The position numbers were made by a program, and so were the translations under genes. From positions 1 through 49,741 of the forward strand of contig DAIOVD010000006.1 of NCBI GenBank assembly GCA_036759185.1: 49,741 nt of DNA. Direction: 5' to 3'. The notes beneath the pieces are model-generated. The model saw only the letters and a list, made by a program, of their open reading frames with translations. It made no database searches and was not told where the DNA came from. Shown here piece by piece: positions 26,768-36,688 of this stretch (positions within the stretch are counted from its first letter, which is position 1; each line of letters starts with the position of its first letter). The stretch is from Catalimonadaceae bacterium. Its GTDB lineage: Bacteria > Bacteroidota > Bacteroidia > Cytophagales > Flexibacteraceae.

Positions 26768-27023
26768 TGCTGCGAAAGAAACACAAAAGGAGGTGAGAAA
26801 AAACGAATGTCACCCAATTTAGCAGCTTCGGCCCTGAACCATGCCAGACAATTGCAAAAGGATTGAGGGGATGAAATTTCAGAAATTCCGGTTGATTTGA
26901 AGCATTCATTCGTCCAACTGAAAAAAAACAACATAAATCATGTATATTCACCACCAATCCATTTGGTTCTTTCAATATCAATTTTCTACTTTGGTCGACT
27001 AATTACGAAGCGAATTCAAAAAC

Positions 27024-27746
27024 ATGAGCGACAAAACAGCACTCACCTATTCCTGTGTTATTGTAGAGGACGACGATGCATCCCGTCTGATTCTGGAAAA
27101 CTACATTAGCCGGATTGAATTCCTCGAATTGAAAGCGTCGCTCCGGAGTGGGAAAGAAGGGTTTAGTTTTCTGATCAACAATCCGGATGTTGACATTCTT
27201 CTGCTCGATATCAATATGCCCGAAATGAGTGGAATCGAGTTGATGAAAGCCATTCCCAACACACATGAAACGATTCTGATTACCACTGAATCGGGTTATG
27301 CAGTTGAAGCATTCGATTTACGGGCTCTCGACTATCTGGTGAAGCCAGTCCAGTTTGAGCGTTTCGCCAAATCGATTCACCGGGCCATCGATACCATCTA
27401 TTTTTCGAAACGTGTGACAGAACCTTTCGAAGATCAGAAAGAAATCTATGTAAGGTCAAACTCCAAATTTTACAAACTTTCGTACCAGGACATCTATTTT
27501 GTGGAAGCACTGGCCGACTACGTCCTCGTATACACAGAAAACACCCGCTACATTGTGTATTCCACCATGAAGGCGATCGAGGAAAAACTGAAAGGAACCA
27601 CATTTGTCCGGGTTCATCGTTCCTACATCATCAACTTACGGAAAATTCAGTTTATCGAAGGCAATACACTGATCATCAATGGAAAACACATTCCGATCAG
27701 TAAAACCTACCAGGAAGCGCTTTTCCAGAAGCTGAATTTCTTGTAG
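27024..27746 (+). CDS. LytTR-family two-component response regulator
   Basis: Receiver domain (VIVEDDDASRL...DILLLDINMPEMSGIEL) plus a LytTR DNA-binding domain (...FVRVHRSYIINLRKI...). Confidence 0.85.
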   Translation: MSDKTALTYSCVIVEDDDASRLILENYISRIEFLELKASLRSGKEGFSFLINNPDVDILLLDINMPEMSGIELMKAIPNTHETILITTESGYAVEAFDLRALDYLVKPVQFERFAKSIHRAIDTIYFSKRVTEPFEDQKEIYVRSNSKFYKLSYQDIYFVEALADYVLVYTENTRYIVYSTMKAIEEKLKGTTFVRVHRSYIINLRKIQFIEGNTLIINGKHIPISKTYQEALFQKLNFL

Positions 27747-27755
27747 ACCCTGTCC

Positions 27756-28913
27756 ATGCGTCTTTGGATCGAAGGATCACCTTATGATCCGGCCTCGTTT
27801 GCTGAACTTGAAAAGAGAGCTGAAAACCTTGAACATTTGGTTCCGGTTCTTTCATTTCTGCGATTCTGGTTTTCTGATCTGGAAGAATGGACAACCCATA
27901 CATCAGGCAGTACGTCCGATCCCAAACCCATCCGGATTTCCCGCCAGCAATTGGAAAGCAGTGCGAGGCTTCATCTTGATTATTTTAAACCGGATCCGGA
28001 ACATGTCGGACTTGTCCTTTGTATTTCAGCCCGCCATGTAGGCGGATTTATGATTCTGGTGAGGGCAATGCTGGGCAATCTGGATGTGTTGATTCTACCG
28101 CCTTCCTCCAATCCCATTCCGGCTGAAGGGCTTCCGTCCTTTCGAAAATGGTTTATCTCCATGGTTCCAATGCAGTTTTACCAGTTGCTGGAGCTTGAAA
28201 ATCTTCCGGTTGTTTCTCAAAACTGGGCGGGAATTCTTCTTGGTGGTGCAGCGGTATCGGACCAGATAAATAAAGCCATTTCATCGCTGGACTGTCCGGT
28301 TTTTCATAGTTATGGAATGACGGAAACCGTTTCACATATTGCGGTGAGGCAGATTCATCCTTCTGAAAACGAACATTTTACCGACATTGCGTTTGACTTG
28401 TTGCCTGGAATCGACATCCGGCTCAATGACAATTCCTGTCTGGCCATTCGCGGACCGGTAACAGACCAGGAATGGATCCAGACAAACGACGTTGCCGTTC
28501 TAATTTCTCCGACCCGATTTCTACTGTTGGGTAGATCAGACCACATCATTAATTCTGGTGGATTGAAAATTCAACCGGATTCCGTAGCCTCATTGGTTTT
28601 ATCTCTTATTCCGGAAACGAACCCTGATTTTGATGTACTGGGAATGCCCGACCACCTTCTTGGCCAACGGGTTGTGGTGGTTTTTTATTCAGATGATTCA
28701 GAAACGTTCCGTCAGTTTTGGGAGAAATCGGACTGGGAAAATCAGATAATGAAGGTAACGGATCCGGCAAAACGACGAATTCTTCCCAAAGCTGTATTTA
28801 CTTTGCCATCCCGACCAATGACGGCAAGTCAGAAAACCGACTTTCCGGCCATCCGGTCTGCTTTGGTGGCAGCAAACCCATTTTGGGAAAAACCAGAAAA
28901 ACCAGGTCCATGA
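27756..28913 (+). CDS. Short ANL-superfamily AMP-binding ligase (O-succinylbenzoate-CoA ligase-like)
   Basis: AMP-binding motif HTSGSTSDPKPIRI, plus YGMTET and the C-terminal ...GGLKIQPD.... The length is typical of the short Bacteroidota MenE-like form. Confidence 0.65.
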   Translation: MRLWIEGSPYDPASFAELEKRAENLEHLVPVLSFLRFWFSDLEEWTTHTSGSTSDPKPIRISRQQLESSARLHLDYFKPDPEHVGLVLCISARHVGGFMILVRAMLGNLDVLILPPSSNPIPAEGLPSFRKWFISMVPMQFYQLLELENLPVVSQNWAGILLGGAAVSDQINKAISSLDCPVFHSYGMTETVSHIAVRQIHPSENEHFTDIAFDLLPGIDIRLNDNSCLAIRGPVTDQEWIQTNDVAVLISPTRFLLLGRSDHIINSGGLKIQPDSVASLVLSLIPETNPDFDVLGMPDHLLGQRVVVVFYSDDSETFRQFWEKSDWENQIMKVTDPAKRRILPKAVFTLPSRPMTASQKTDFPAIRSALVAANPFWEKPEKPGP

Positions 28914-29641
28914 CAACAATCGGAAAGAAATACAGCATCCTATTTCAAACAGCAGGTGATATTCCGGCTCCTCATGCCTTTCATGCATTGGTCCGTTTTG
29001 AGTTAACTTCGGGAGGAAAGTTGAAAGCAGAATTCACCCAGGAATACATCGACCGGGATGAAATTCCTCTTGATGAGATAGAGGCAGAAGGGTTTTCCGA
29101 AAACGACGATTTCTCCTGGAAAGGAAACCTGCCAAAATTCTGGCTCGACAATCTTCTTCAGATTCACCAGAAATCAGAATGGATCGAGGCAGTCAATTCC
29201 CAGGTTTTATTTATGGAGCCAGACTCAACCGAATGGATTTCCCCCACGGTCGAAAAAGACTGGATCCGGTTTACCGAAGAGCTTATACAAGCCTGTCTGG
29301 AAGAAGGAGGCAAAGAGCTCCCAATGGAAATGACGCTGGGCTCACTGGAGAAGAACAACTTTTACGAAAAGATCCGGCTCGAATGGAGCTTCTCCAGGCG
29401 GGAAGTGACTGCCCAGAAACTCTCCGGGGAAAAAGTGGTTTTTAAACTCAGTGACTGGGACGAAGGTCAGAATCAGTTAAAGTCCTGGATAGAAGACGAA
29501 GCAAGCCGCAAAGACTTGTACCAGTTCCCGACTTCACGGGGGATTTACTGGCTCATGAACAATGAAGTCTGGCTTCCATATACACCGAACCAGGAAGGCA
29601 GGATCTGGGAGTGGGTGGACAAAGAAGCCCGAGTTAAGTAG
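28910..29641 (+). CDS. Hypothetical protein, translationally coupled to the ligase gene
   Basis: The ATG at 28910 overlaps the ligase stop (ATGA). The 243-aa acidic protein matches no family I recognise. The longer ORF starting at 28718 is an out-of-frame overlap with the ligase. Confidence 0.6.
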   Translation: MTTIGKKYSILFQTAGDIPAPHAFHALVRFELTSGGKLKAEFTQEYIDRDEIPLDEIEAEGFSENDDFSWKGNLPKFWLDNLLQIHQKSEWIEAVNSQVLFMEPDSTEWISPTVEKDWIRFTEELIQACLEEGGKELPMEMTLGSLEKNNFYEKIRLEWSFSRREVTAQKLSGEKVVFKLSDWDEGQNQLKSWIEDEASRKDLYQFPTSRGIYWLMNNEVWLPYTPNQEGRIWEWVDKEARVK

Positions 29642-29718
29642 ATGTCAATGTTTTGCAAAGTCAATTGATTTTCTGATTGTTGTGAGTCAATTCTATTAAA
29701 ATGAGAATATAATGCATC

Positions 29719-30201
29719 ATGGAAAATTCACTCGATGAGTACCAGTTAGGCGACCAGGAAATTGTGTATGCCAGTTTTGGAAAGCGATTGGTTGCCTCCA
29801 TTCTGGATGGTGTGATCCTGTATATTGTCAATATGATCATCATAACCTTTTTTGGAATGTCGATCCTCAATCCTGGCAATCTGAATGATCCGGATAAGTT
29901 GATGGCACTCTTTGGTAAAATGATCGGTGTTTATGGCATAACTTTGGGCATCAACTGGCTCTATTATGCCTTATTGGAAAGCTCTGAAAAGCAGGGCACC
30001 ATTGGAAAAATGGCAATGGGAATAAAAGTTGTTTCAGCCAACAACAATGCCCGGATTTCATTTGCTCAGGCAACAGGGAGGCATTTTGGGAAATTCATTT
30101 CTGCCATTATTCTGTTTATTGGCTATCTGATGATGTTGTGGAGCAATAAATCGCAGACACTCCATGATTCCATGGCGGGAACACTGGTGGTCCGGCAGTA
30201 A
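29719..30201 (+). CDS. RDD-family membrane protein
   Basis: ASFGKRLVASILDGVILYIV... plus three TM segments and a C-terminal ...TLHDSMAGTLVV, typical of the RDD domain. Confidence 0.75.
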   Translation: MENSLDEYQLGDQEIVYASFGKRLVASILDGVILYIVNMIIITFFGMSILNPGNLNDPDKLMALFGKMIGVYGITLGINWLYYALLESSEKQGTIGKMAMGIKVVSANNNARISFAQATGRHFGKFISAIILFIGYLMMLWSNKSQTLHDSMAGTLVVRQ

Positions 30202-30301
30202 ACTGAGCTGATTTCGAAGGTCACTGCCGGGAATTCAAAACATTTCTATGAATTGAAAGCATAGGGTTTTACATTGCTTTCGAAAATTACCGTCCTCAAA
30301 A

Positions 30302-31474
30302 ATGAACGCTTACCTGATCGATGGATACCGTACCGCAGTTGGAAAAGCTCCCCGCGGATTGTTTCGTTTTATGCGCCCGGATGACCTGGCTGCAGTGGTG
30401 ATCAAACACCTGGTATCGAAGTTTCCACAACTGGATCCATCCACAATTGACGATCTCATAGTGGGCAATGCGGTGCCGGAAGCGGAACAGGGCATGCAAA
30501 TGGGACGAATGATTTCCCTTCTTTCCCTTCCGATTCAGGTTCCGGGAATGATTGTAAACCGGTATTGCGGCTCCGGCCTTGAGGCAATTGCCATTGCCGC
30601 TGCCCGTATTCATGCAGGACAAGCCGACATCATCATTGCCGGAGGGACGGAATCAATGTCACTTGTTCCAACGACCGGCTGGAAAACAGCGCTGAATTAC
30701 AAAATAGCGAAGGAACATTCTGATTATTATCTGGGTATGGGTCTCACCGCTGAAATGGTGCAGAAACGCTACGACATCAGCAGACAGGACCAGGACTTGT
30801 TCGCTTTTCATTCCCATCAGAAAGCCATAAAGGCCATTAACGAAGGGCGGTTTAAAGAACAGATTGTGCCGGTGGAAGTGGAAGAAGTATTCGTAGGTCC
30901 GGATTCGAAGAAGAAATCCCGGTCCTACATAGTGGACACAGATGAAGGCCCACGGGCTGACACCAATCTGGATGTACTGGCCAAACTCAAACCAGCTTTT
31001 GCCGAAAAGGGAACCGTCACAGCGGGAAATTCATCTCAGACTTCAGACGGAGCCTCATTTGTGCTAATGATGAGCGAGCGAAAAATGAAAGAACTGGGCA
31101 TTACACCCAAAGGACGGATGTTAAGTTATGCGGTGGCTGGCGTGGAACCGTCGGTGATGGGGATTGGTCCGGTTGAAGCGATCCCAAAAGCCCTTCGGAT
31201 TGCCGGTCTTGAAAAAAACCAGGTCGATATGATCGAACTCAACGAAGCGTTTGCTTCGCAGGCACTGGCCGTAATGCGGACACTGGATCTGGATCCGGAA
31301 AAAGTAAATGTGAATGGAGGCGCCATTGCATTGGGCCATCCGCTGGGTTGTTCGGGAGCGAAGCTAACAGTTCAGTTATTCAATGAAATGGCCCGCCAGA
31401 ACAAGAAATACGGGATGGTAACGGCTTGTGTGGGAGGTGGCCAGGGTGTAGCCGGTATTTTTGAACGGTTGTAA
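30302..31474 (+). CDS. Acetyl-CoA C-acyltransferase (thiolase)
   Basis: Active-site contexts VNRYCGSGLEAI, NEAFASQ, GGAIALGHPLGCSGA and CVGGGQG. Confidence 0.9.
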   Translation: MNAYLIDGYRTAVGKAPRGLFRFMRPDDLAAVVIKHLVSKFPQLDPSTIDDLIVGNAVPEAEQGMQMGRMISLLSLPIQVPGMIVNRYCGSGLEAIAIAAARIHAGQADIIIAGGTESMSLVPTTGWKTALNYKIAKEHSDYYLGMGLTAEMVQKRYDISRQDQDLFAFHSHQKAIKAINEGRFKEQIVPVEVEEVFVGPDSKKKSRSYIVDTDEGPRADTNLDVLAKLKPAFAEKGTVTAGNSSQTSDGASFVLMMSERKMKELGITPKGRMLSYAVAGVEPSVMGIGPVEAIPKALRIAGLEKNQVDMIELNEAFASQALAVMRTLDLDPEKVNVNGGAIALGHPLGCSGAKLTVQLFNEMARQNKKYGMVTACVGGGQGVAGIFERL

Positions 31475-31540
31475 GAATCACATGTACCAAAGAGCCTGAA
31501 AAACAGGAAAGGCTTTTATTTTATCTCTCAACAATAAAAA

Positions 31541-31562
31541 AGCCCCGCTGTTAGGCGGGGCT
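31541..31562 (-). terminator. Hairpin terminator between the convergent thiolase and RRM genes (U-run on the minus strand)
   Basis: AGCCCCGC-tgttag-GCGGGGCT, flanked by an A-run on the plus strand, so the minus-strand transcript ends in a U-run. Confidence 0.75.
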
Positions 31563-31586
31563 TGGAATGTTCAGATTCGGAATGGA

Positions 31587-31910
31587 TTAATAACGGCTTC
31601 CGCGGTTGTAGCCACCTCTGTCGCCACCGCCACTGTTGCCACCACCAAAACTTCTTTGAGGACGGTCTTCTCTTGGACGAGCTTCAGAAACCGAAATTTC
31701 TTTACCACCAAGATCAATACCATTCAAAGCGTCGATCGCAGACTGACCTGCTTCGCGATTTGAGAATTCAACGAAACCAAATCCACGTGAGCGGCCGGTA
31801 TCGCGATCCATAATGATTTTGGAAGATACAATTTCGCCATAAGGTTCGAATGCCTGGCGGAGTTCATCGTCTCTCAACTTGAAAGCGATGTTTGAAACAT
31901 AAAGATTCAT
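31587..31910 (-). CDS. RRM-type RNA-binding protein with a Gly/Arg-rich tail
   Basis: RNP2 (NLYVSNI) and RNP1 (RGFGFVEF) motifs; the tail reads ...SFGGGNSGGGDRGGYNRGSRY. Confidence 0.9.
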   Translation of the reverse strand: MNLYVSNIAFKLRDDELRQAFEPYGEIVSSKIIMDRDTGRSRGFGFVEFSNREAGQSAIDALNGIDLGGKEISVSEARPREDRPQRSFGGGNSGGGDRGGYNRGSRY

Positions 31911-32182
31911 AAAAAACTAAAAAAACTTATTAATTAAACGGATAGATGGGGGACAAACGAGGAGAAGGAAGGACGAAATATGACAATATTACTAACCGTT
32001 CTTAAAATCGAGAGGACCAAAAACCTTTTACGAAAGTGAGAGAAAATATTTGTTTTCCAACTCCACACGTAAAAAAAATATGAAATAAAAACCTTGATTT
32101 ATACCAACCAGTTGATAATCAGGAATTAGTATTTTGAAAAAATGAGGATCAAAAACTAAATTATGTAATGAATTGTTTGAGA

Positions 32183-33103
32183 TTATTTGATTTTGTCCTT
32201 ACCCAGTACACTCATAATCTGCTGCATTGACTTTTGCATACCATCTGTACTTCCATCGAGGAAGATGGTATTCCCTTTTCCGGTTTCAGCAAAATACTTG
32301 ATCGCTTCGGTCCACATGGAAAACATGATGACGTTGGTATCCAGATTGGCGTCCTGTAATTCTTTGGCTGCGTTTGTCATCCCTTTGGCTACTTCTTCCC
32401 GGAACAAGGCAACACCCATACCTCTGAGTTTGGCCGCTTCTCTTTCGGCTTCAGCTGCAATTTTAATGGCATTTCCTTCTGCTTCCGCAGCTTTGGTTTT
32501 GGTGATAAGCAGAGCCTGACCTTCATTTTCTGCGGCAGCTTTCAGGTTGTTACTGGCCACAACTTTACTCATGGAATCCATCACAGCCTGATCAAATGAA
32601 ATATCGTTGATCTGAAGATCGATCAGGTGATAACCCCAGCCTTCCAGATGCTGGTCCACCTCATTCTTCACATAATCTGTAATCTCTCTTCGGAGGGACA
32701 AAATCTCTGCCTGCTTCTTTGAGGCCACAAACCCACGGATGGTACCTTCGATTGTTCGGACAAGGGCCGTCATAAGATTGTTCTCACTCACAAATTTGAA
32801 GGCCACATTCTTTATTGTTTCCTCATTCTGATCAAACACAGCAAAAAGCAGCATTGCTTTGAAATAAACATTGGCTTGATCAAGCGTTACAGCCTGAAAC
32901 TCCAGTTCCACCGACCGGTTCTGGATACTGATTCGTTTATTGATCACCTCCAGATACGGAATTTTAAAATTCAGTCCCGGGTAAAGGATGCGGCGATATT
33001 TACCAAACATGGTGACCACCGCAATAGTGCCCTGGTTTACGGTAACCAGCCCAAGAAAAATGGTGAGGACGGCAATGGACAGAAAAATGTAAAACGTTAT
33101 CAT
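32183..33103 (-). CDS. SPFH/band-7 (stomatin/prohibitin-like) membrane protein
   Basis: N-terminal TM segment, an SPFH core (...VNQGTIAVVTMFGKYRRILYPGLNFKIPY...) and an Ala/Glu-rich coiled coil. Confidence 0.85.
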   Translation of the reverse strand: MITFYIFLSIAVLTIFLGLVTVNQGTIAVVTMFGKYRRILYPGLNFKIPYLEVINKRISIQNRSVELEFQAVTLDQANVYFKAMLLFAVFDQNEETIKNVAFKFVSENNLMTALVRTIEGTIRGFVASKKQAEILSLRREITDYVKNEVDQHLEGWGYHLIDLQINDISFDQAVMDSMSKVVASNNLKAAAENEGQALLITKTKAAEAEGNAIKIAAEAEREAAKLRGMGVALFREEVAKGMTNAAKELQDANLDTNVIMFSMWTEAIKYFAETGKGNTIFLDGSTDGMQKSMQQIMSVLGKDKIK

Positions 33104-33169
33104 ATCAGAGAATCAAAGATTTCGTGTTGAATTCGAAGAGGCCAAATAAACTGAATTTCTGGTATGTGG

Positions 33170-34843
33170 TTACCGATATTGGTAACAAGGCCAGAAATAA
33201 CCCGATAACTGGTAAATATGCCCTGCATCTTCGATTCCCTCCAAAGGCACGCAAGGAAACGGACAATCCCAGCAAAACACTGGTTTATCAGACGGCACTT
33301 CTGACAAATACGCTACCGGAACAATGGCCATGAAATTTCCGCATGCATAATTCTGGTATTTAACCGACGGCACAGGGGCCGGAAACATAACTCCGATTGG
33401 TTCTGATGGCAATTCCCGGATCGTTTTCATCAGATTAAAGCCTTGCAGGAAAAGGACGGAAATGGCAGCAAATTTTGCCCACTTCCAACGTGCACTGATC
33501 TTTGAAAGGAAATAGCCAACCGGAAACAGAGCTGAAAATACAAGTGCACCAAAACCGTATCTTGGTTCTGTAATGGTGAGGAACCAGCTTAAAACCAAAG
33601 CAAGAACAGACAGGTACAGGAATATGGTGATGATGTTTCGCTGTCGTCTAAGGAATGAAAATATGGCGAGTCCGGAAATAAGTGTGGTGAATGACAAAAG
33701 AATGATCATTCGGGAATCTGTATTCTGAGCCCGAATCCATTGCAAAAACCAGCCCCAGGTATAAGAAGACGGCGGTGCAAAGTCGCCAAACTGAGAAAGG
33801 TAGAATTTCTTGTCGATGGCTTCAATTGGAACCTGCCAGGCCGGGTGCCCGATGGCCGTATTACGGATCGGAAAGACTGCATACCCAGTGATGAGCCAGT
33901 TCTGGAGAATCCAGGGAGCCAAAAGAAGGCAGCCAAAAAGCATCATCCAGCGAATCCGGACCCAGCTTTCCTCCTGGACTGCCAGATAAAGTGCCCCGGC
34001 CGGAATAAAAAGAAGGGCAGCCGAGGATGTTTTTAAAATGACAATCCAAATAGGCAGCACCACAAATGCAGGCCAGATTTGCCAGGGCGATTCTTCTTTT
34101 TCAATCGTTTCAAGCCAATGCGTGAGAACAAACCAGGTGCAAATGATGGCCGGAATATCGGTTGAAGGAGAACTCAGGAGATTCCTGAAAACTAGAAACG
34201 GGAGAAAAACCACAATCCAATGCGAGACCAGGCGTGACCCTTTCAGAATATTCCGAACCCTTGTGGCCGAATACATTCCAAGTACAACCGCAACCAGACT
34301 GTTCAGTGACATTTCTGTTTTCCAGAAGGGTAGAAAACTGAGGTTGGTGAAAGCAGACAGAATATGCCAGGTAGAGTTTAGTCCATAATGGCCGTTCAGA
34401 TTGGCCATTCCCATTACCAGCCCTTGATTTTCCCACATCCGGATGAGTGGTAAATGATAGGCTCCTTCATCAAAAATCTCTGGTCTTCCACTTGCCTTGA
34501 GCAAAGAAATGCCCATAGATACAAAGAGGAGAATCCAGGATACCAATGGAAGAGATCGCAGTTTTTGGAAAATTTCGCGAACAAGTGAAAAGAACAATTG
34601 TCCTTTCAGAAAGCCCGGCAATAAAAGAGCAGTCCATAAAATCCCTTTCACCAAAGGTGTGAGGGGGGTGAAAAAGGTGGCAATTCCCAGGAAAAAAGAA
34701 AGAACAGCAAGCCCGCTCCAAAACCGAAGCCAGATGTTGACCCGCCCTTCTGCAAAGAATTTTCCCGTCAGAGAATCCAGGAGTCCACCCCATAGCAAAG
34801 CCAACATTCCAGTGAGGATCCAGATCAGAATTATTTCCAGCAT
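33170..34843 (-). CDS. Polytopic membrane protein, GT-C-like (possible glycosyltransferase or polymerase)
   Basis: 557 aa with more than 10 predicted TM segments. An acidic/aromatic motif follows the early TM segments (PEIFDEGAYHLPL) and the C-terminal domain is Cys-rich. No secure family assignment. Confidence 0.55.
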   Translation of the reverse strand: MLEIILIWILTGMLALLWGGLLDSLTGKFFAEGRVNIWLRFWSGLAVLSFFLGIATFFTPLTPLVKGILWTALLLPGFLKGQLFFSLVREIFQKLRSLPLVSWILLFVSMGISLLKASGRPEIFDEGAYHLPLIRMWENQGLVMGMANLNGHYGLNSTWHILSAFTNLSFLPFWKTEMSLNSLVAVVLGMYSATRVRNILKGSRLVSHWIVVFLPFLVFRNLLSSPSTDIPAIICTWFVLTHWLETIEKEESPWQIWPAFVVLPIWIVILKTSSAALLFIPAGALYLAVQEESWVRIRWMMLFGCLLLAPWILQNWLITGYAVFPIRNTAIGHPAWQVPIEAIDKKFYLSQFGDFAPPSSYTWGWFLQWIRAQNTDSRMIILLSFTTLISGLAIFSFLRRQRNIITIFLYLSVLALVLSWFLTITEPRYGFGALVFSALFPVGYFLSKISARWKWAKFAAISVLFLQGFNLMKTIRELPSEPIGVMFPAPVPSVKYQNYACGNFMAIVPVAYLSEVPSDKPVFCWDCPFPCVPLEGIEDAGHIYQLSGYFWPCYQYR

Positions 34844-34935
34844 GGGTTTATCTGAATATCAGAGCAAAAACTCTTGTTTGGATTTCAGACCAGCAAATGG
34901 ATCTGCAGAACGCAAGGTGGCCAAAGATTTTATTT

Positions 34936-35616
34936 TCATTTCTCAGAAGAATTCCCGCCAAACAAACGGTAACTCAGGGCAAACTGAAGCAGATTGTTAA
35001 AATATCCTCCCTGGGTTCTGGCACCAATAATTCCGTTGTTGAAATTATTAAGGCCGATGGCATTGGTGGATACGACCGAATAGAGCAGCCTTCCGTGGAT
35101 CCACAGATTATCAAATATCTGGTATTTGAGCCCAATAAAGCCCTGGTAGTCTAACTTTTTAAACAGATAATCTACGTTCACAAATCCAAGGTTGGTTCCG
35201 TTGTCAAATTTGGCATTGAGAAGGTAGGCGAACAGAAATCCTCCCTCTACCTGAAGCCCATCATTCACTTTATATTCAGCCACAAGAGGCAAATCCACAT
35301 AATTGAGTCTGTAAATCAATCTGGGGTAGTTGAACTTCGTCACCTGGTCAAATGAAGTCTTGGCTCCTTTCATAGAATACATGATTTCAGGACCTACACT
35401 TAGTTTTTCATTCAATGGAAACCGGACACCAGCACCGAATACGAGTCCTGCTTTGTAATATCCACTCAGACCATCTCCGTCGATCTGGCATCCGTTCACT
35501 CCAACAATCAGTTTGCCTGTGAAATTCTGAGCGAATGTGTGTGAACTGCTGATGGTAAAAGCCGTCAACAGGAGAAGAATCAAATTTTTGGCCCTGTGCG
35601 GGAGGCGTTGAAGCAT
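34936..35616 (-). CDS. Outer membrane beta-barrel (porin-family / PorT-like) protein
   Basis: Signal peptide (...LLLLTAFTISSSHTFAQ), alternating beta-strand pattern, and a C-terminus ...NLLQFALSYRLF. Confidence 0.75.
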   Translation of the reverse strand: MLQRLPHRAKNLILLLLTAFTISSSHTFAQNFTGKLIVGVNGCQIDGDGLSGYYKAGLVFGAGVRFPLNEKLSVGPEIMYSMKGAKTSFDQVTKFNYPRLIYRLNYVDLPLVAEYKVNDGLQVEGGFLFAYLLNAKFDNGTNLGFVNVDYLFKKLDYQGFIGLKYQIFDNLWIHGRLLYSVVSTNAIGLNNFNNGIIGARTQGGYFNNLLQFALSYRLFGGNSSEK

Positions 35617-35740
35617 AGAAAGGAACGTGATTGCAGGTACAAATAAGCGAAAGCCGGAATCGTAATGAAAGAAGCTTCCGGATTTTTTAATTGTTTTGCA
35701 TTGCAGAAACGGTTCAGCAACCGCACCGAAGCGAAATTAT

Positions 35741-36688
35741 ATGCCAAAAATTTCCGTCATTATTCCTTGCTATTACAACGAAGACAACATTCCTGTCACC
35801 ACACAGGCACTTCTTGAAAATGAGAGATTATTTCCACAGGAGGTTGAATTCGAATATGTTATGGTGGACGATGGCTCAAAAGACGGAACACTTGAAGCAC
35901 TTCTACGCTTTGAAAAGGAGAATCCTGGAAAGGTAAAAGTGGTTAAACTGGTTTCCAATTCCGGTTCCTACAATGCCATTGTTGCCGGGATGGAAAATGC
36001 GACCGGCGATTGCAACGTCGTGATTACAGCGGACCTTCAGGACCCACCATCCCTGATGGTCAAAATGTATGAATATTGGTGCAAAGGTCTGAAACTGGTG
36101 ATTGCAAACCGGGAAGAGCGTCAGGAAGGATTTTTTAAAAACCTGTTTGCCAATACGTTTCACTATCTGATGAAGAACTTTGCATTGTCAAATCTTCCGG
36201 ATGGTGGATTTGACTATGTCCTGTTTGATGCCATGGTTCGGGATGAAGTTGTTAAAATGAAGGAGAAGAACACCAACAGTCTTTTTCTCATGGTATGGCT
36301 TGGTTTCGATTATGTAAGCATACCCTATGTTCGCCAGGAACGGAAAATCGGGAAGAGCCGCTGGACTTTGAAAAAGAAACTGAAACTGTTTGTCGACTCG
36401 TTTGTCTCGTTTTCCTTTTTACCCATCCGTGCCATCACGACAACCGGATTTTTTCTGGGTATGGGAGCGCTGTTCTATGGCCTCTTTGTGGTCTTTGCAA
36501 AAATGACCGGTCTCATTGCGGCCACTGGTTGGTCCAGCCTTATGATGGTGATGTTGTTTGTATCCAGTTTCCAGATGATTTCATTGGGAGTATTGGGTGA
36601 ATATCTATGGAGAACCCTTGATGCCAGCCGCAACCGTCCCAATTATCTGATCGATAAGGTCTATTATTCCGGAAAAAATGAACGCTGA
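35741..36688 (+). CDS. GT2 polyprenyl-phosphate glycosyltransferase (ArnC/GtrB/DPM1-like)
   Basis: Start at the ATG at 35741 (MPKISVIIPCYYNEDNI). Motifs MVDDGSKDGT and ADLQDPP are present, with two C-terminal TM helices. Confidence 0.85.
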   Translation: MPKISVIIPCYYNEDNIPVTTQALLENERLFPQEVEFEYVMVDDGSKDGTLEALLRFEKENPGKVKVVKLVSNSGSYNAIVAGMENATGDCNVVITADLQDPPSLMVKMYEYWCKGLKLVIANREERQEGFFKNLFANTFHYLMKNFALSNLPDGGFDYVLFDAMVRDEVVKMKEKNTNSLFLMVWLGFDYVSIPYVRQERKIGKSRWTLKKKLKLFVDSFVSFSFLPIRAITTTGFFLGMGALFYGLFVVFAKMTGLIAATGWSSLMMVMLFVSSFQMISLGVLGEYLWRTLDASRNRPNYLIDKVYYSGKNER

